Made by a program: the position numbers and the translations under genes | The notes under the pieces: generated by a model | Told to the model about the DNA's origin: nothing | Seen by the model: the letters and a program-made list of their open reading frames with translations, nothing else | Database searches by the model: none | Assembly (NCBI GenBank): GCA_963713825.1 | Contig: CAVQNG010000003.1 | Span: forward strand, 768,001-832,000 | Direction: 5' to 3' | Length of the DNA: 64,000 bases | Source of the DNA: an uncultured Acidobacteriota bacterium | Lineage (GTDB): Bacteria > Acidobacteriota > Thermoanaerobaculia > Multivoradales > JAHEKO01 | Shown here: piece after piece, positions 28,701 to 43,516 of the stretch | Numbering within the stretch: position 1 is the first letter of the stretch | Layout: every line of letters begins with the position of its first letter

Positions 28701-29674
28701 GCGACGACACGGACCACGGCAAGCTGACCGCCCATAGAGGTCTGGCCACCTGGGGCGAGCGGCTGGTTCCTCTCGACAGGTTTCGCCAGGCAACCGAGAG
28801 TGCGGGCCGCCGATTGTCCGAGGTCGAACGCGTGGCGGAGCGAGGCGATTTTCTCGCCCGAGAGCAAGACGCCCTTCCGCACGAGGGCCCCTACTCGAAG
28901 ATCGCGGTCTTCGGTGGCGTCTACAACAACCATCGCGCCTTGGAGGCGGTCTTGGCGGCTGCCCAGAGGAGCGGCGCCGAAGCCGTCTACTGCCTCGGTG
29001 ACCTCGGAGGGTTCGGACCTTCGCCGGAAAAAGTCTGGCCACTGCTGCTCGACGGTGGGGTCGAGACGATCCAAGGCAACTACGAGGCATCGTTGTCCAG
29101 TGGCCGAGAGGACTGCAACTGCGGCTATACCGACCCCAGGGACAACCACTTCGCAACACTGTCCTACCGCTACACCGCCGAGAACTGCTCCTCCGAATTC
29201 AAACGCTGGATGGGCGAGTTACCGCTCCGGCGGCGTGTCCGCGTCGGCCAGCGCAAACTTCTCCTGGTGCACGGGTCACCCCGCCGGATCAACGAATTCT
29301 TGTTTCATTCCACCTCGCCCGTGGCCTTTCTCGAGGTGCTCCTGGACCAGGAATGCTGCGACGGCCTGCTCTGCACCCACACCGGCCTCCAGTGGCACCG
29401 CCGCCTGCCCTCGGGCCGCGATGTGGTGAACGTGGGCGTCATCGGCAGGCCATCCAACAACGGCCAGACCGAGGTCTGGTACTCCCTGCTCGAAGATCGG
29501 GACGGCGTTCTGGGAGTGCAATTGCTTCCCCTCGAGTACGATCATGTCTCTCTGGCGGCCGAGATGCAGCAGCAGGGTCTGCCGCAGGAGTTCATCGACA
29601 CTATCCTCCAGGGCTGGTGGACGACCTGCCTGGAGATCCTGCCCGCTCGCGAACGCGCCAGGTCGCGTTACTAG
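28697..29674 (+). CDS. Calcineurin-like metallophosphoesterase
   Basis: CLGDLGGFG, QGNY, DCNCGY, HGSPR, THTG, NVG; ATGA overlap with the upstream gene. Confidence 0.82.
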   Translation: MSDDTDHGKLTAHRGLATWGERLVPLDRFRQATESAGRRLSEVERVAERGDFLAREQDALPHEGPYSKIAVFGGVYNNHRALEAVLAAAQRSGAEAVYCLGDLGGFGPSPEKVWPLLLDGGVETIQGNYEASLSSGREDCNCGYTDPRDNHFATLSYRYTAENCSSEFKRWMGELPLRRRVRVGQRKLLLVHGSPRRINEFLFHSTSPVAFLEVLLDQECCDGLLCTHTGLQWHRRLPSGRDVVNVGVIGRPSNNGQTEVWYSLLEDRDGVLGVQLLPLEYDHVSLAAEMQQQGLPQEFIDTILQGWWTTCLEILPARERARSRY

Positions 29675-29721
29675 GGCCCCAGAATCTTGGAAGAAGAGTC
29701 CATTCCCCTCGGAGACCCCTT

Positions 29722-30930
29722 GTGAGCTCGAATCCTCGACGTATCGCCATCATCGGAGCCGGCCCGACCGGACTCGAAGCCGCCCTGGCCGCCGCCGAGG
29801 CGAACCTGTCTTTCACTCTCTACGAAGCAGGCCCCACGACGGCCGCCTTCCTGCGAATGTGGGGCCACGTCAGGCTCTTCTCCCCCTGGGACTTGAGTGT
29901 CTCCCCCCGGGCTCGCAAAGCGCTGGAGACAGCAGGCCACGACGTACCCTCGGGCCCCGACTGTCCGACGGCCGAGGAGTTGGCTGATGCGGTCTTCGAG
30001 CCACTGGCGAAGCTGCCCCTTCTCGAGGACAACCTCCGCTTGCGCACCCCTGTTCTGGCCGTGAGTCGGGAGGGCCTTCTCAAACACGAGGAGATCGGTA
30101 CTCCAGGACGGGCCCAGCACCCCTTCCGGCTTCTTCTCACCGATTCTCAGGATCGTGAGTGGACCGAGCAGGCCGAGATCGTGATCGACTGCACCGGCAA
30201 CTACGGCACCCCCAACTCCCTGGGCGATGGCGGTATCCCGGCCCCAGGTGAAGAAAACCTGGAGGATGTCATCGTGCGGTGGGTCCCCAACTTCGCGATC
30301 CAGGAGGGTGTCTGGGCCGGCAAGGAGATCCTGCTGGTCGGCGCCGGTCATTCGGCGAAGACCGCTGCGGTGGAGCTGGCGGCTCTGGCGCAGCGACACC
30401 CCAGTACCCGGATTCTCTGGGCTGTCCGACGAGCCGAGCCGAGCTGGGAAGTCCAACAGGACGACCCGCTTCCAGAGCGTGCCCACCTCATTCGTCAGGC
30501 GCAAGCGATCGCCACCGGAGGCTCGGCCAATGTCGAGATGATCACCGGTGTGGTGGTGGACGCACTCGAGAGAAAGGGTCAAAGGGTGGGCGTCACCTTC
30601 AGGGATCAGCAAGGCGAGCACTGCAGTGTAGAGGTCGACCGAGTTCTCTCCCTGACGGGCTTTGTCGGCGATCACCAGCTCTACCGTCAACTCCAGGTCC
30701 ACGAGTGCTATGCGACCTGCGGTCCCATGAAGCTGGCCGCCTCGCTGCTCTCGTCGAGCTCCGATTGTCTTACTCAGACCAGCCAGGGCATCGAAACCCT
30801 GACCAACCCCGAGCCCGACTTCTACATCCTGGGATCCAAGTCTTACGGCAGAAATAGCTCGTTCTTGATGCGCCTGGGCTGGCAACAAGTGGACGATGTT
30901 TTCGACTTCGTCACCACCGGAGTCGCCTAG
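29722..30930 (+). CDS. Flavin-dependent oxidoreductase/monooxygenase (ArsO-like)
   Basis: IIGAGPTGL, WGHVRLFSPW, VGAGHSA, GSKSYGRNSSFL. Confidence 0.8.
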   Translation: MSSNPRRIAIIGAGPTGLEAALAAAEANLSFTLYEAGPTTAAFLRMWGHVRLFSPWDLSVSPRARKALETAGHDVPSGPDCPTAEELADAVFEPLAKLPLLEDNLRLRTPVLAVSREGLLKHEEIGTPGRAQHPFRLLLTDSQDREWTEQAEIVIDCTGNYGTPNSLGDGGIPAPGEENLEDVIVRWVPNFAIQEGVWAGKEILLVGAGHSAKTAAVELAALAQRHPSTRILWAVRRAEPSWEVQQDDPLPERAHLIRQAQAIATGGSANVEMITGVVVDALERKGQRVGVTFRDQQGEHCSVEVDRVLSLTGFVGDHQLYRQLQVHECYATCGPMKLAASLLSSSSDCLTQTSQGIETLTNPEPDFYILGSKSYGRNSSFLMRLGWQQVDDVFDFVTTGVA

Positions 30931-30980
30931 TCCATCCCTGCGCCGGCGGGAATCTCCTCGGAGCCCTTAATCCCTTCTTC

Positions 30981-31415
30981 TCACGCCGCCTCGTCTCCCC
31001 CTTCTCTGGGGAACTGGGCCCTGAGACACTCCGCAAAGCTACGGCAGGCATCGGTGACGGTGAAAATACCGGCCAGCCTGCCCTCCTTGACCACCAGGAC
31101 GGAGCCGGTTTGGCGTCGAGCCATCTTCGCGAGGACCTGGTCCAGTGGCTCCGACAAGTCGACCTCGAAGGTTTCCTGGTGAGCAACGTCGGCGACTTTG
31201 AGGGCCCCGCCGCCAGCTCTCTCGGCACGCCGAAGATCCGACTCGCCAACGACGCCAATGAGTTCTCCGTGATCCATCACGGGAAGATGATGGAAGCCGA
31301 ACCCCACCATCATCTCCTTGGCCTCCGTCGTCGACGCAGTCGCCTCGATGGAGTGCGGGAAGGGGGTCATTACGGCCTTTACCGGTGGAATGCTCTTCGC
31401 TGTGCGGGGCCACAT
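30981..31415 (-). CDS. CBS domain protein
   Basis: VMTPFP, HHLPV, GIFTVTD; tandem CBS pattern. Confidence 0.8.
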   Translation of the reverse strand: MWPRTAKSIPPVKAVMTPFPHSIEATASTTEAKEMMVGFGFHHLPVMDHGELIGVVGESDLRRAERAGGGALKVADVAHQETFEVDLSEPLDQVLAKMARRQTGSVLVVKEGRLAGIFTVTDACRSFAECLRAQFPREGGDEAA

Positions 31416-31418
31416 GAT

Positions 31419-32114
31419 TCATCCTCCCTCAGGAGACAGCCAGGCGGGCAGCTGTGTCGCCCTGTCGAGGCAGATCAAGGGTTCTGCCTTCTCGAGGACG
31501 CTGCGGCTCTCTGAGCCGCTACAGACGGCGACCACGCCCGTGCTGGCGTTGTGGGCCATCTGCAAATCGTGAATCGTGTCGCCGATCATCAGGGTTCGAT
31601 CGGTCTTCACGCCCAACTCGTCCGAAATATCGAGAATCATCTGTGGGTCGGGCTTGCTGCGGGCCTCGTCCACCGTCCGGGTAGCCAGGAAGAACTCCCC
31701 CATCCCTGTCGCTTCGAGATCCCGGCTCAGACCCTTGCGACCCTTGGCGGTAGCCAGGCCCAGAAGATACCCCTCTTCTCGCAGGTCCTCCAGAAGAGAG
31801 GGTACGCCAGGAAAGAGTCGTGGCTGATGAGAATAGGTCTCGAGCCAATGCCGACCGTAGGTTTCCACGATGGCGTGAAACATCGCCTCGTCACACCCGG
31901 GAGCAAAGCGTTCCACGGTCTCTCGCAAACCCAAACCGATGGCGCTGCGAATCTGCTCGTCAGGGACCGGTGGTTGATCGAGGTCCCGCAAAGCCTCCTG
32001 GGTGCAGGCCACGATGCTGGAGATGGAATCCAGCAGGGTTCCGTCCCAGTCGAAGATCAGCAGACTGAACGGGCCGGGGACCGGGACTGCTACCGTTTCG
32101 TCTGTCGCTGCCAT
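31419..32114 (-). CDS. HAD-IA hydrolase (phosphoglycolate phosphatase-like)
   Basis: FDWDGTLLDS, SKPDP, MIGDT..D. Confidence 0.85.
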   Translation of the reverse strand: MAATDETVAVPVPGPFSLLIFDWDGTLLDSISSIVACTQEALRDLDQPPVPDEQIRSAIGLGLRETVERFAPGCDEAMFHAIVETYGRHWLETYSHQPRLFPGVPSLLEDLREEGYLLGLATAKGRKGLSRDLEATGMGEFFLATRTVDEARSKPDPQMILDISDELGVKTDRTLMIGDTIHDLQMAHNASTGVVAVCSGSESRSVLEKAEPLICLDRATQLPAWLSPEGG

Positions 32115-32160
32115 CGCTGATCGGCCGCCTTGCTCTCGTTCGAGTCTAGCAATGCTCTCT

Positions 32161-33213
32161 TCATTGGCCCTCGGGGACCAACGGTGAATAGACCAGGCCA
32201 CCGACGACCGAATCCTCAGCTCGCGGGCTCGAGCTTGCCCGTACCGTGGTGACCAATCTCGCCTCCACGCTCGTGCCGGGTGGCAGCACCACCCCGAAGC
32301 CCAGGATCGACCCCGACACGCGGCACCGCTCGCCGACCCGTGCCCCCGGCAGCAACAGAGTGTCCTGCAGTTGGCTCCCGGCGTTGATTCGACAGTCCCT
32401 TTCGACGATGGCTCGTCTCAACTTCACCCCGGTGGCGACCTGTGCCTCTTCGGACACCCAGTTCTGGGAACCCACCCGGAAAAGCAAGCCTCGGCCGACC
32501 CAATCACGAACACCCTCGAGGTAGCGTTGCGGGGTCCCCAGGTCGTGCCAGGCGCGCTTCGTTTCCACCGCCCCGACGACCCCGCCCCGAGCGACCATGG
32601 GCTCATAGAGAACGCTGACGAAATCCGCTGGCTGCCCCTTCTTCACCTCGGCCAGGATCTCAGGAGAGAACACGTGGGCTCCCATGAAGACTCGGTGCCG
32701 ATCCTTCTCCGTGGCTCCGGCGGGGCCGCGAAAGGCCACGATGTGGTTGTCTTCGTTCAGTCGGACACCACCCCCAAAGGGTCCCGGATCGACGCGACGA
32801 GAGACCAAAAGCGTCGCCTGTGCAGAGCTCTTACGGTGCTTCTTGACCAAGCGCTTGAGAGGCCACCGACAGAGACTGTCACCATTGACGACCAGGACCA
32901 GGTCGGCTGGCCTGAGGAACTCCTCCAAGGGGCCAAGAGCTCCCAGCGTTCCGAGTAGCTGCTCTTCGGGAGAGTAGGTCAGGGGCATTCCATCCACGGA
33001 GTCACCGAGGTGTTGTCGGATGTCGTCTCCCCTGTAGTGGAGATTGATGGCTGTCGCCTCACATCCGAGGCGAGCCAACTGTCGCAAGGTTCGCTGCGCG
33101 ATCGATTCGCCCTGGACCGGCAACAGCGGTTTGGGGGCGAATTCGGTGAGCGGCCGCAGGCGGTTGCCCTGTCCCGCGGCCAGCACGACGGCCCGCAGTC
33201 GAAGCTCTTTCAA
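32161..33213 (-). CDS. NDP-sugar synthase / sugar-phosphate nucleotidyltransferase
   Basis: VLAAGQGNRLRPLT...PKPLLPV, VNGD, WHDLGTP, C-terminal hexapeptide-like region. Confidence 0.85.
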   Translation of the reverse strand: MKELRLRAVVLAAGQGNRLRPLTEFAPKPLLPVQGESIAQRTLRQLARLGCEATAINLHYRGDDIRQHLGDSVDGMPLTYSPEEQLLGTLGALGPLEEFLRPADLVLVVNGDSLCRWPLKRLVKKHRKSSAQATLLVSRRVDPGPFGGGVRLNEDNHIVAFRGPAGATEKDRHRVFMGAHVFSPEILAEVKKGQPADFVSVLYEPMVARGGVVGAVETKRAWHDLGTPQRYLEGVRDWVGRGLLFRVGSQNWVSEEAQVATGVKLRRAIVERDCRINAGSQLQDTLLLPGARVGERCRVSGSILGFGVVLPPGTSVEARLVTTVRASSSPRAEDSVVGGLVYSPLVPEGQ

Positions 33214-33788
33214 GAAAAAACCATGTCCGGCGGCGCCTCTGGGTGCTCCTGCCGGTAGTCCTCGTACAGCTCGAGGTAGGTACGCATCTCTGCCTGCTCG
33301 ACGTCGAATTCACACCGTCGCGCGACCGCTGCCGCACCGCCACCCTCGAACTCGACGAAATCTCCGATGGGTGTGTGGTCCAAGGCCACCTTGACTCCGC
33401 CCAGCCGCCACTCTTCACGCTTCTTTTCGTAGCGCTTCACGACTTCATAACCCAGACCCAGCAGAATGGCATGAACTTCGTCGCCGTTCTCGACCTTGCT
33501 CTCGCGTTCCGTGCGGATTTTGACTCCGTCTTCGAAGACAGGGGCTCCCTTGAACGTCAACGACCAGCCGCTCCGATCGCGACGCAGCCGCAAGATTTCA
33601 CGCTTTTCCAGAAGCCTCCCCTTACGATCGTAAACCACGTTCTCTTCGGCCCCTCCGGCGGCCAGACGTTCGGCCTCGAATGCCAACAAGCGCTCACGCA
33701 TCCCTTCCAAGTTGTCGCACGGAAACTTCAACTCCCTTTCGACGGTCTCGGTCTGCCGACTAGCTGATTCGGGTTCGTCTCGACTCAT
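33210..33788 (-). CDS. CYTH domain protein (class IV adenylate cyclase family)
   Basis: ERELKF (ExExK), LRLR, YEKKRE, FVEFEG. Confidence 0.82.
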   Translation of the reverse strand: MSRDEPESASRQTETVERELKFPCDNLEGMRERLLAFEAERLAAGGAEENVVYDRKGRLLEKREILRLRRDRSGWSLTFKGAPVFEDGVKIRTERESKVENGDEVHAILLGLGYEVVKRYEKKREEWRLGGVKVALDHTPIGDFVEFEGGGAAAVARRCEFDVEQAEMRTYLELYEDYRQEHPEAPPDMVFS

Positions 33789-35170
33789 GCTGTTTCACCG
33801 ACCTCGTCCAGGAGTCGCACGATCGTACGAATCCCCTTGTAGAAATGGCTGATGTTGAACTTTTCGTTCGGAGCATGCAGGCGATCGTCTGGCAGGCCGT
33901 GACCAATCAGCAGGACGGGCACCTGCAAGACCTTCGAAAACGTGGCCACGATGGGGATAGAGCCACCTTCGCGAATTCGCACGGGTCGGGCGCCCCAGAC
34001 CTGTTCCTGCGCGTCCATCGCCGCGTCGGCGATCGGCCCCTGGATATCGACGAGTACCGGCTCGGCTCCATGCAGATCGCTCACCTCCACCTCGACTCCC
34101 GGCGGCGCGATCTTCTTGACATAGTCGCTGAAGAGCCGGGCGATCTTCGCGGGGTCCTGGTTCGGCACCAGGCGCATCGAGACCTTCGCTCCCGCCCAGG
34201 CCGGTATCACGGTCTTGGCGCCTTCGCCCTGGTACCCACCGTAGATACCGTTCACATCGCAGGTCGGGCGGGTCCAGGCTCTCTCAAGGGTGCTGTAGCC
34301 CTCTTCACCGAACAGCTCGCTGACGCCCAGATCGGCCATATATTCGGCTTCGTCGAAGGGAAGCTTGGCGAACTCTTCACGCTCCCAACTCTCGAGCGGC
34401 AGCGCGTCGTCGTAGAACCCAGGAATGAGGATCTTGCCGGTCTTCGGGTCCTGGAGTTGAGCGATGATCTGACTCAACGCGTTTCCAGGGTTGGCGACGG
34501 CACCGCCGAAGGTTCCCGAGTGCAGATCCCGATCGGGGCCCTTGACCTTGATCTCCATGTACGCCAGGCCCTTCAAGCCGTAGAGCAGGGACGGCTGACC
34601 GGGCGCGAACAGCGAAGTGTCCGAGACAACCACGGCGTCACAGGCCAGGCGCTTGCCGGCGTCCTCGATGACGAAGTTCTCGATGCCATGACCACCGATT
34701 TCCTCTTCGCCCTCGACCAGGAACTTCACGTTGACCGGCAACTCTCCCCGCGTCTCGAGAAGAGCCTCGACCGCCTTGACGTGAGTGAAGGACTGTCCCT
34801 TGTCGTCGGTGGCTCCTCGACAGACCAGCAGGTCCCCCTCCTCGGTCGGCTCGAACGGAGGATTGCGCCATTCTTCGATCGGGTCGGCTGGCTGCACGTC
34901 GTAATGCCCATAGAAGAGCACCGTCGGCTTGCCCTCCGCCTTGGTCCATTCGGCGTAGATCAGTGGGTTGCCATCGATCGCGATGGACTCGGCCTCCAGT
35001 CCTGCCGCCTCGAGCTTCCCGAGCAGAAACTCGCTGCACCGTAAGACGTCGGCTTTGTGTTCGGGGTCGGTCGAGACCGAGGGAATCCTTAGATACTCTT
35101 TGAGCTCCTCTAGATAGCCGGCTTGCTTTTCGTCGAGGATGGTGAAGACGTCCTGGCTGCCTGCTGTCAT
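33785..35170 (-). CDS. M20 family dipeptidase
   Basis: YGHYDVQP, RGATDDKGQ, EGEEEIG, DLHSG, GGSIP, HAPNE. Confidence 0.9.
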   Translation of the reverse strand: MTAGSQDVFTILDEKQAGYLEELKEYLRIPSVSTDPEHKADVLRCSEFLLGKLEAAGLEAESIAIDGNPLIYAEWTKAEGKPTVLFYGHYDVQPADPIEEWRNPPFEPTEEGDLLVCRGATDDKGQSFTHVKAVEALLETRGELPVNVKFLVEGEEEIGGHGIENFVIEDAGKRLACDAVVVSDTSLFAPGQPSLLYGLKGLAYMEIKVKGPDRDLHSGTFGGAVANPGNALSQIIAQLQDPKTGKILIPGFYDDALPLESWEREEFAKLPFDEAEYMADLGVSELFGEEGYSTLERAWTRPTCDVNGIYGGYQGEGAKTVIPAWAGAKVSMRLVPNQDPAKIARLFSDYVKKIAPPGVEVEVSDLHGAEPVLVDIQGPIADAAMDAQEQVWGARPVRIREGGSIPIVATFSKVLQVPVLLIGHGLPDDRLHAPNEKFNISHFYKGIRTIVRLLDEVGETA

Positions 35171-35254
35171 GCGCTTGAACCCTCCGGTATTTCTCTCGTT
35201 TTTCGCAACGATTGCAGTCTAGCAGAGCCCTAGACCGACGACGTTCATCCCGAC

Positions 35255-35836
35255 TCAGGGAGATTCGGGGTGTTCTTGGCGGACGAGATGATCCAGGTTC
35301 ACGGCGTTGACGACAACGTGGGCCAGAACTGGCGCTAGCAGGTTGCCTCGCCACAGCATGAGACCCGCCAGAGCCACGCCGGCCACCCCTGCGAAGGCCG
35401 TCCATGCCCGGTAGGTGCTACCCGGTCCCGTGTGCAGCAAGGTGAACAGCACCGTGGCCGGAATCCAACCCCAAGCCCCTTGGACAGCGCCGCGAAAGAA
35501 CAACTCCTCCGCAAAGCCCGACAACAGTGCCAAGGCGACGATCTCGTGTCGCTCCAAGGGTCCCAGAAGTGCCGCGAGTTGTCGCTCGAGTAGGTGAGCG
35601 CTGGTCAGTTTTTGCCGCGCCAGCCTCCAGAGAACGATCAGGAGCCCGCCGACAGTGACTCCGAGCAAGGCGTCGAGCCACCACTTTTTGGGGTCGATGA
35701 AGAGAGTGGGGAGGATCGCTCCCTGGCGCCAACCCACCCAGAGGGCGCCAGTGATCGCCAGGACCAGATAGAAGACCCAGGCGAAGCGATAGACCAGGCT
35801 GGTTGTGCGGTGGTGTTGAACGGTTCCGCCCTCCAA
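35255..35836 (-). CDS. CPBP family intramembrane glutamic endopeptidase
   Basis: EELFFRG, F.LLH, AHVVVN. Confidence 0.82.
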   Translation of the reverse strand: MEGGTVQHHRTTSLVYRFAWVFYLVLAITGALWVGWRQGAILPTLFIDPKKWWLDALLGVTVGGLLIVLWRLARQKLTSAHLLERQLAALLGPLERHEIVALALLSGFAEELFFRGAVQGAWGWIPATVLFTLLHTGPGSTYRAWTAFAGVAGVALAGLMLWRGNLLAPVLAHVVVNAVNLDHLVRQEHPESP

Positions 35837-35887
35837 ACCCCGGGGCAGTCGAGGTTGGTGACCTCTCCTGCTGCCGTCGGCTGGCCG

Positions 35888-40849
<4,962 letters not shown>

Positions 40850-40968
40850 CTATTCGCCTTCAAGGGTCCCGCTCTTGCACCTCGCCGGGCGCGCCGATAT
40901 GTAGCAGGTCGAGTCCCTGTTCAGGATCGATTTCGGGCGGTTGTTCACGGCCTTCGAAATCAGCGCTC

Positions 40969-40997
40969 ACACTATCATGGAACCATTAAAAAATCAA
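40969..40997 (-). promoter_or_regulatory. Putative sigma70 promoter of gyrB
   Basis: Minus strand TTGATT-N17-TAGTGT with an extended -10 TG, inside an AT-rich patch. Confidence 0.5.
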
Positions 40998-41045
40998 ACT
41001 TTAAGTAGCTTATTTTTCAACAAGTTACAGCCATTGTTCGGGTAT

Positions 41046-42107
41046 TCAGGAAGGGGCCAGATTTCCCCCCTCCAATCGCCATCGGGTGGCCCCATCGGCC
41101 ATACCCCAGACCTCGGCCCGATTGGAGGTGACCACGACCTGCTTCGCCGCCAGAAAGACCCCGAACACCGCTTCCAATCGGCTTCTGTCCAGTTCGGTAT
41201 CCGCATCGTCCAGGAGATAGATCGGATCTCTTTCGGCGCTTCTGAGAAGTTGCCCTCGAGCCGCGGCGAGAAGCAGTCCCAGGACCTTTCTTTCGCCGGC
41301 GGAACCGACCCGCCGAATACCCCGACCATCGAAGAGGATCTCGACATCATCCAGATGTGGCCCAACCAATGGCCTACCTTTCTCTCGCTCACGAAGCTCG
41401 AAGCTCTCGATGGTGTCGAGCACGAGGTCTTGCGACAGGTCCTGCTTGGAGATCGACGGTCGATACCGAAGCTCTACCGGTGGCAAGGAGAGCCCGCTCA
41501 ATGTGACAGCCGCAGCGAACTCGGTCGATACCCTCTCTAAATAGTCGCGACGCAGACTCATGATCTCGCTCGCCGCTCGGGCGAGGACCTCGTTCCAGGA
41601 ACCGATCTCCTTTCGTCGCTCTGCCAGGAGAATCCTCTTACTTGCCAACGCCTGTCGGTACCGGGCCAGTATCTCGAGAGTCCTAGGCTTCTCAGCGACA
41701 ATCCCCTGATCGACGAACCGACGTCTAAGGGCCGGGGGACCGGTCAATAGATCTCGATCAGCATCGGTCCAGGCGACGACCGGCAGAACTCGAAGATGCT
41801 CTACAAGGGGGGCCGTTTTGTCGTTCAGGCGGCGATGTCTTCCTCCACCAACCCAACCCACCTCCAGTCGGCTTCTCACACCACTGTCTACCTCGCCCGC
41901 GACGCGGAAATCGCTTTCACCGTGCCGCACACAGTCGCTCGACTGGGAGGTGCGGAAGCTCCGTGTCGTGGCCAGTAGATAGATCGCTTCCAGTAGGCTG
42001 GACTTACCCGACCCATTGGGACCGAGAAGTAGATGGCAGCCGGGGCCGGGCTGCCACTCGAGGTCCTTCAGATTGCGAAAGGAATGGCTGGCAAGATGGA
42101 CGATCAA
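41046..42107 (-). CDS. recF: DNA replication/repair protein RecF
   Basis: FRNL, GPNGSGKS, GPHLDD, LLDDADTELD. Confidence 0.93.
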   Translation of the reverse strand: MIVHLASHSFRNLKDLEWQPGPGCHLLLGPNGSGKSSLLEAIYLLATTRSFRTSQSSDCVRHGESDFRVAGEVDSGVRSRLEVGWVGGGRHRRLNDKTAPLVEHLRVLPVVAWTDADRDLLTGPPALRRRFVDQGIVAEKPRTLEILARYRQALASKRILLAERRKEIGSWNEVLARAASEIMSLRRDYLERVSTEFAAAVTLSGLSLPPVELRYRPSISKQDLSQDLVLDTIESFELREREKGRPLVGPHLDDVEILFDGRGIRRVGSAGERKVLGLLLAAARGQLLRSAERDPIYLLDDADTELDRSRLEAVFGVFLAAKQVVVTSNRAEVWGMADGATRWRLEGGNLAPS

Positions 42108-42174
42108 GCGGTGTCGATCTCCGTCAGGGACGGATTACGGGACGCTCCAACACCCGAAGAGGGCTCGGCGGCAT

Positions 42175-43272
42175 CTAGATTCTCATGGGCATGATGACGC
42201 ACAGGTAGCGTCGATCCTGTCCCTCGACCGGTACACCGATGCACTGGGTGTTCTCGTCCTTCATTTCGAGCATGACCTTGTCCGTTTCCAGAGCCGACAG
42301 GAACTGAGCCATGTAGTCGGGATTGACTCCCAGGCGCAACTCGTCTCCGCCATGCTCACAGGTCACCTCTTCTGCAGCCTCTCCCAGATCAGGATTGGCC
42401 GCCGATATCACCAGTCTCTCGGCATCGAACTGCAGGCTCACGGCTCGCGCTCGATCCCCCGTCAATAGCGCTACCCGCTGAATCGCAGCGGAGAGATTCT
42501 TGCGCTCGAAGATGGCCTTTTTGTCGTTGTCCTTGGCGATAACTCTGTCGTAGTCGGGAAAGGTGCCTTCCAGGATGCGACAGATCAACTCCCTTCTTCC
42601 CAACCGAAACGACAAATGGTGCTCGCCCCTGCGAAACAGAACCGTCTCTTCGCCCTCGAACCGCAGCAACTCCTGCAGGGCCTTGCGCGGCACGAGAACT
42701 CCATCTTCGGCTGTGGCACCTTTGAGATCGTTCTCCACCAGGGCCAGACGGTGACCATCGGTCGCCACCATCTCGAGAGAGTCTTCCTTGAGCTTGAACA
42801 ACGCCCCGTTGAGCTGAAACCGAGACTCTTCCACAGAGACCGCAAAGATGACCTTGCCTATCATCGCCTTGAGTTGGGCAAAAGGAATCTCCGTGCCCCC
42901 CTCATCGCCGACATCGGGCAGCGTCGGAAAGTCCGCCGGTGACAGCCCATTGATCTTGAAACGGGACTTCCCTGCCACGATCGTCAGGCGCTTTTCGTCC
43001 TCCAGAATCAGCCGCACTTCCTCTCCCACGACGGCCCGAATGATCTCGAGGAACTTCCTCGCCTGTACCGCAATTCCACCGACACCTTCGACATCTGCCG
43101 CACAACTCGTTGTCAGGGAAACATCCAGGTCTGTGGCAGCGAGGTGTAACTGATCCGCCTCGCCGCGCAAAAGGATGTGAGAGAGCACGGGAATTGTCGT
43201 TCGACGTTCGACAATACCCTGCATCGGTGCAAGCTCATTCAAGAACTCAGAACGCTTTACGCGGATTTCCAT
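42175..43272 (-). CDS. dnaN: DNA polymerase III beta clamp
   Basis: TIPVLS, ATDGHRL, GTFPDY, VIMPMRI; start placed at MEIRV. Confidence 0.96.
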   Translation of the reverse strand: MEIRVKRSEFLNELAPMQGIVERRTTIPVLSHILLRGEADQLHLAATDLDVSLTTSCAADVEGVGGIAVQARKFLEIIRAVVGEEVRLILEDEKRLTIVAGKSRFKINGLSPADFPTLPDVGDEGGTEIPFAQLKAMIGKVIFAVSVEESRFQLNGALFKLKEDSLEMVATDGHRLALVENDLKGATAEDGVLVPRKALQELLRFEGEETVLFRRGEHHLSFRLGRRELICRILEGTFPDYDRVIAKDNDKKAIFERKNLSAAIQRVALLTGDRARAVSLQFDAERLVISAANPDLGEAAEEVTCEHGGDELRLGVNPDYMAQFLSALETDKVMLEMKDENTQCIGVPVEGQDRRYLCVIMPMRI

Positions 43273-43516
43273 GGGGTCTTCTCCGATTAGAAAGGAACCT
43301 GAATATATCATAGTGGTAGTAGTAGTAGGTGCTGTTGAAAGCTCTGAAAACTACCGCAAGTTGTTCAAATCTAAGAACCTTAGGGACCTCCTCAGAGAGC
43401 GGATTCAGGCTGTGCATCGACTGTGGAAGGGGCGGAAAAAAGGCCCAAGTCGGAGACTTTCCACAGAGTGTCCGCAGAACGGACCGCAGCTTGTCAACAG
43501 GCTAGAAGCGCGAAGG
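43273..43516. promoter_or_regulatory. oriC: oriC unwinding region: DnaA-trios, DnaA boxes and AT patch
   Basis: TAG TGG TAG TAG TAG TAG at 43311-43328, flanked by GTGC plus box-like TGTTGAAAG on one side and AATATATCA on the other; further box-like CTTTCCACA and TTGTCAACA. Confidence 0.8.

Noticed and set aside
25803-30930. Selenocysteine recoding in the arsenic operon
   Set aside because: All motifs use Cys. The TGA stops fall at natural ends, and the radical SAM stop overlaps the next ATG.
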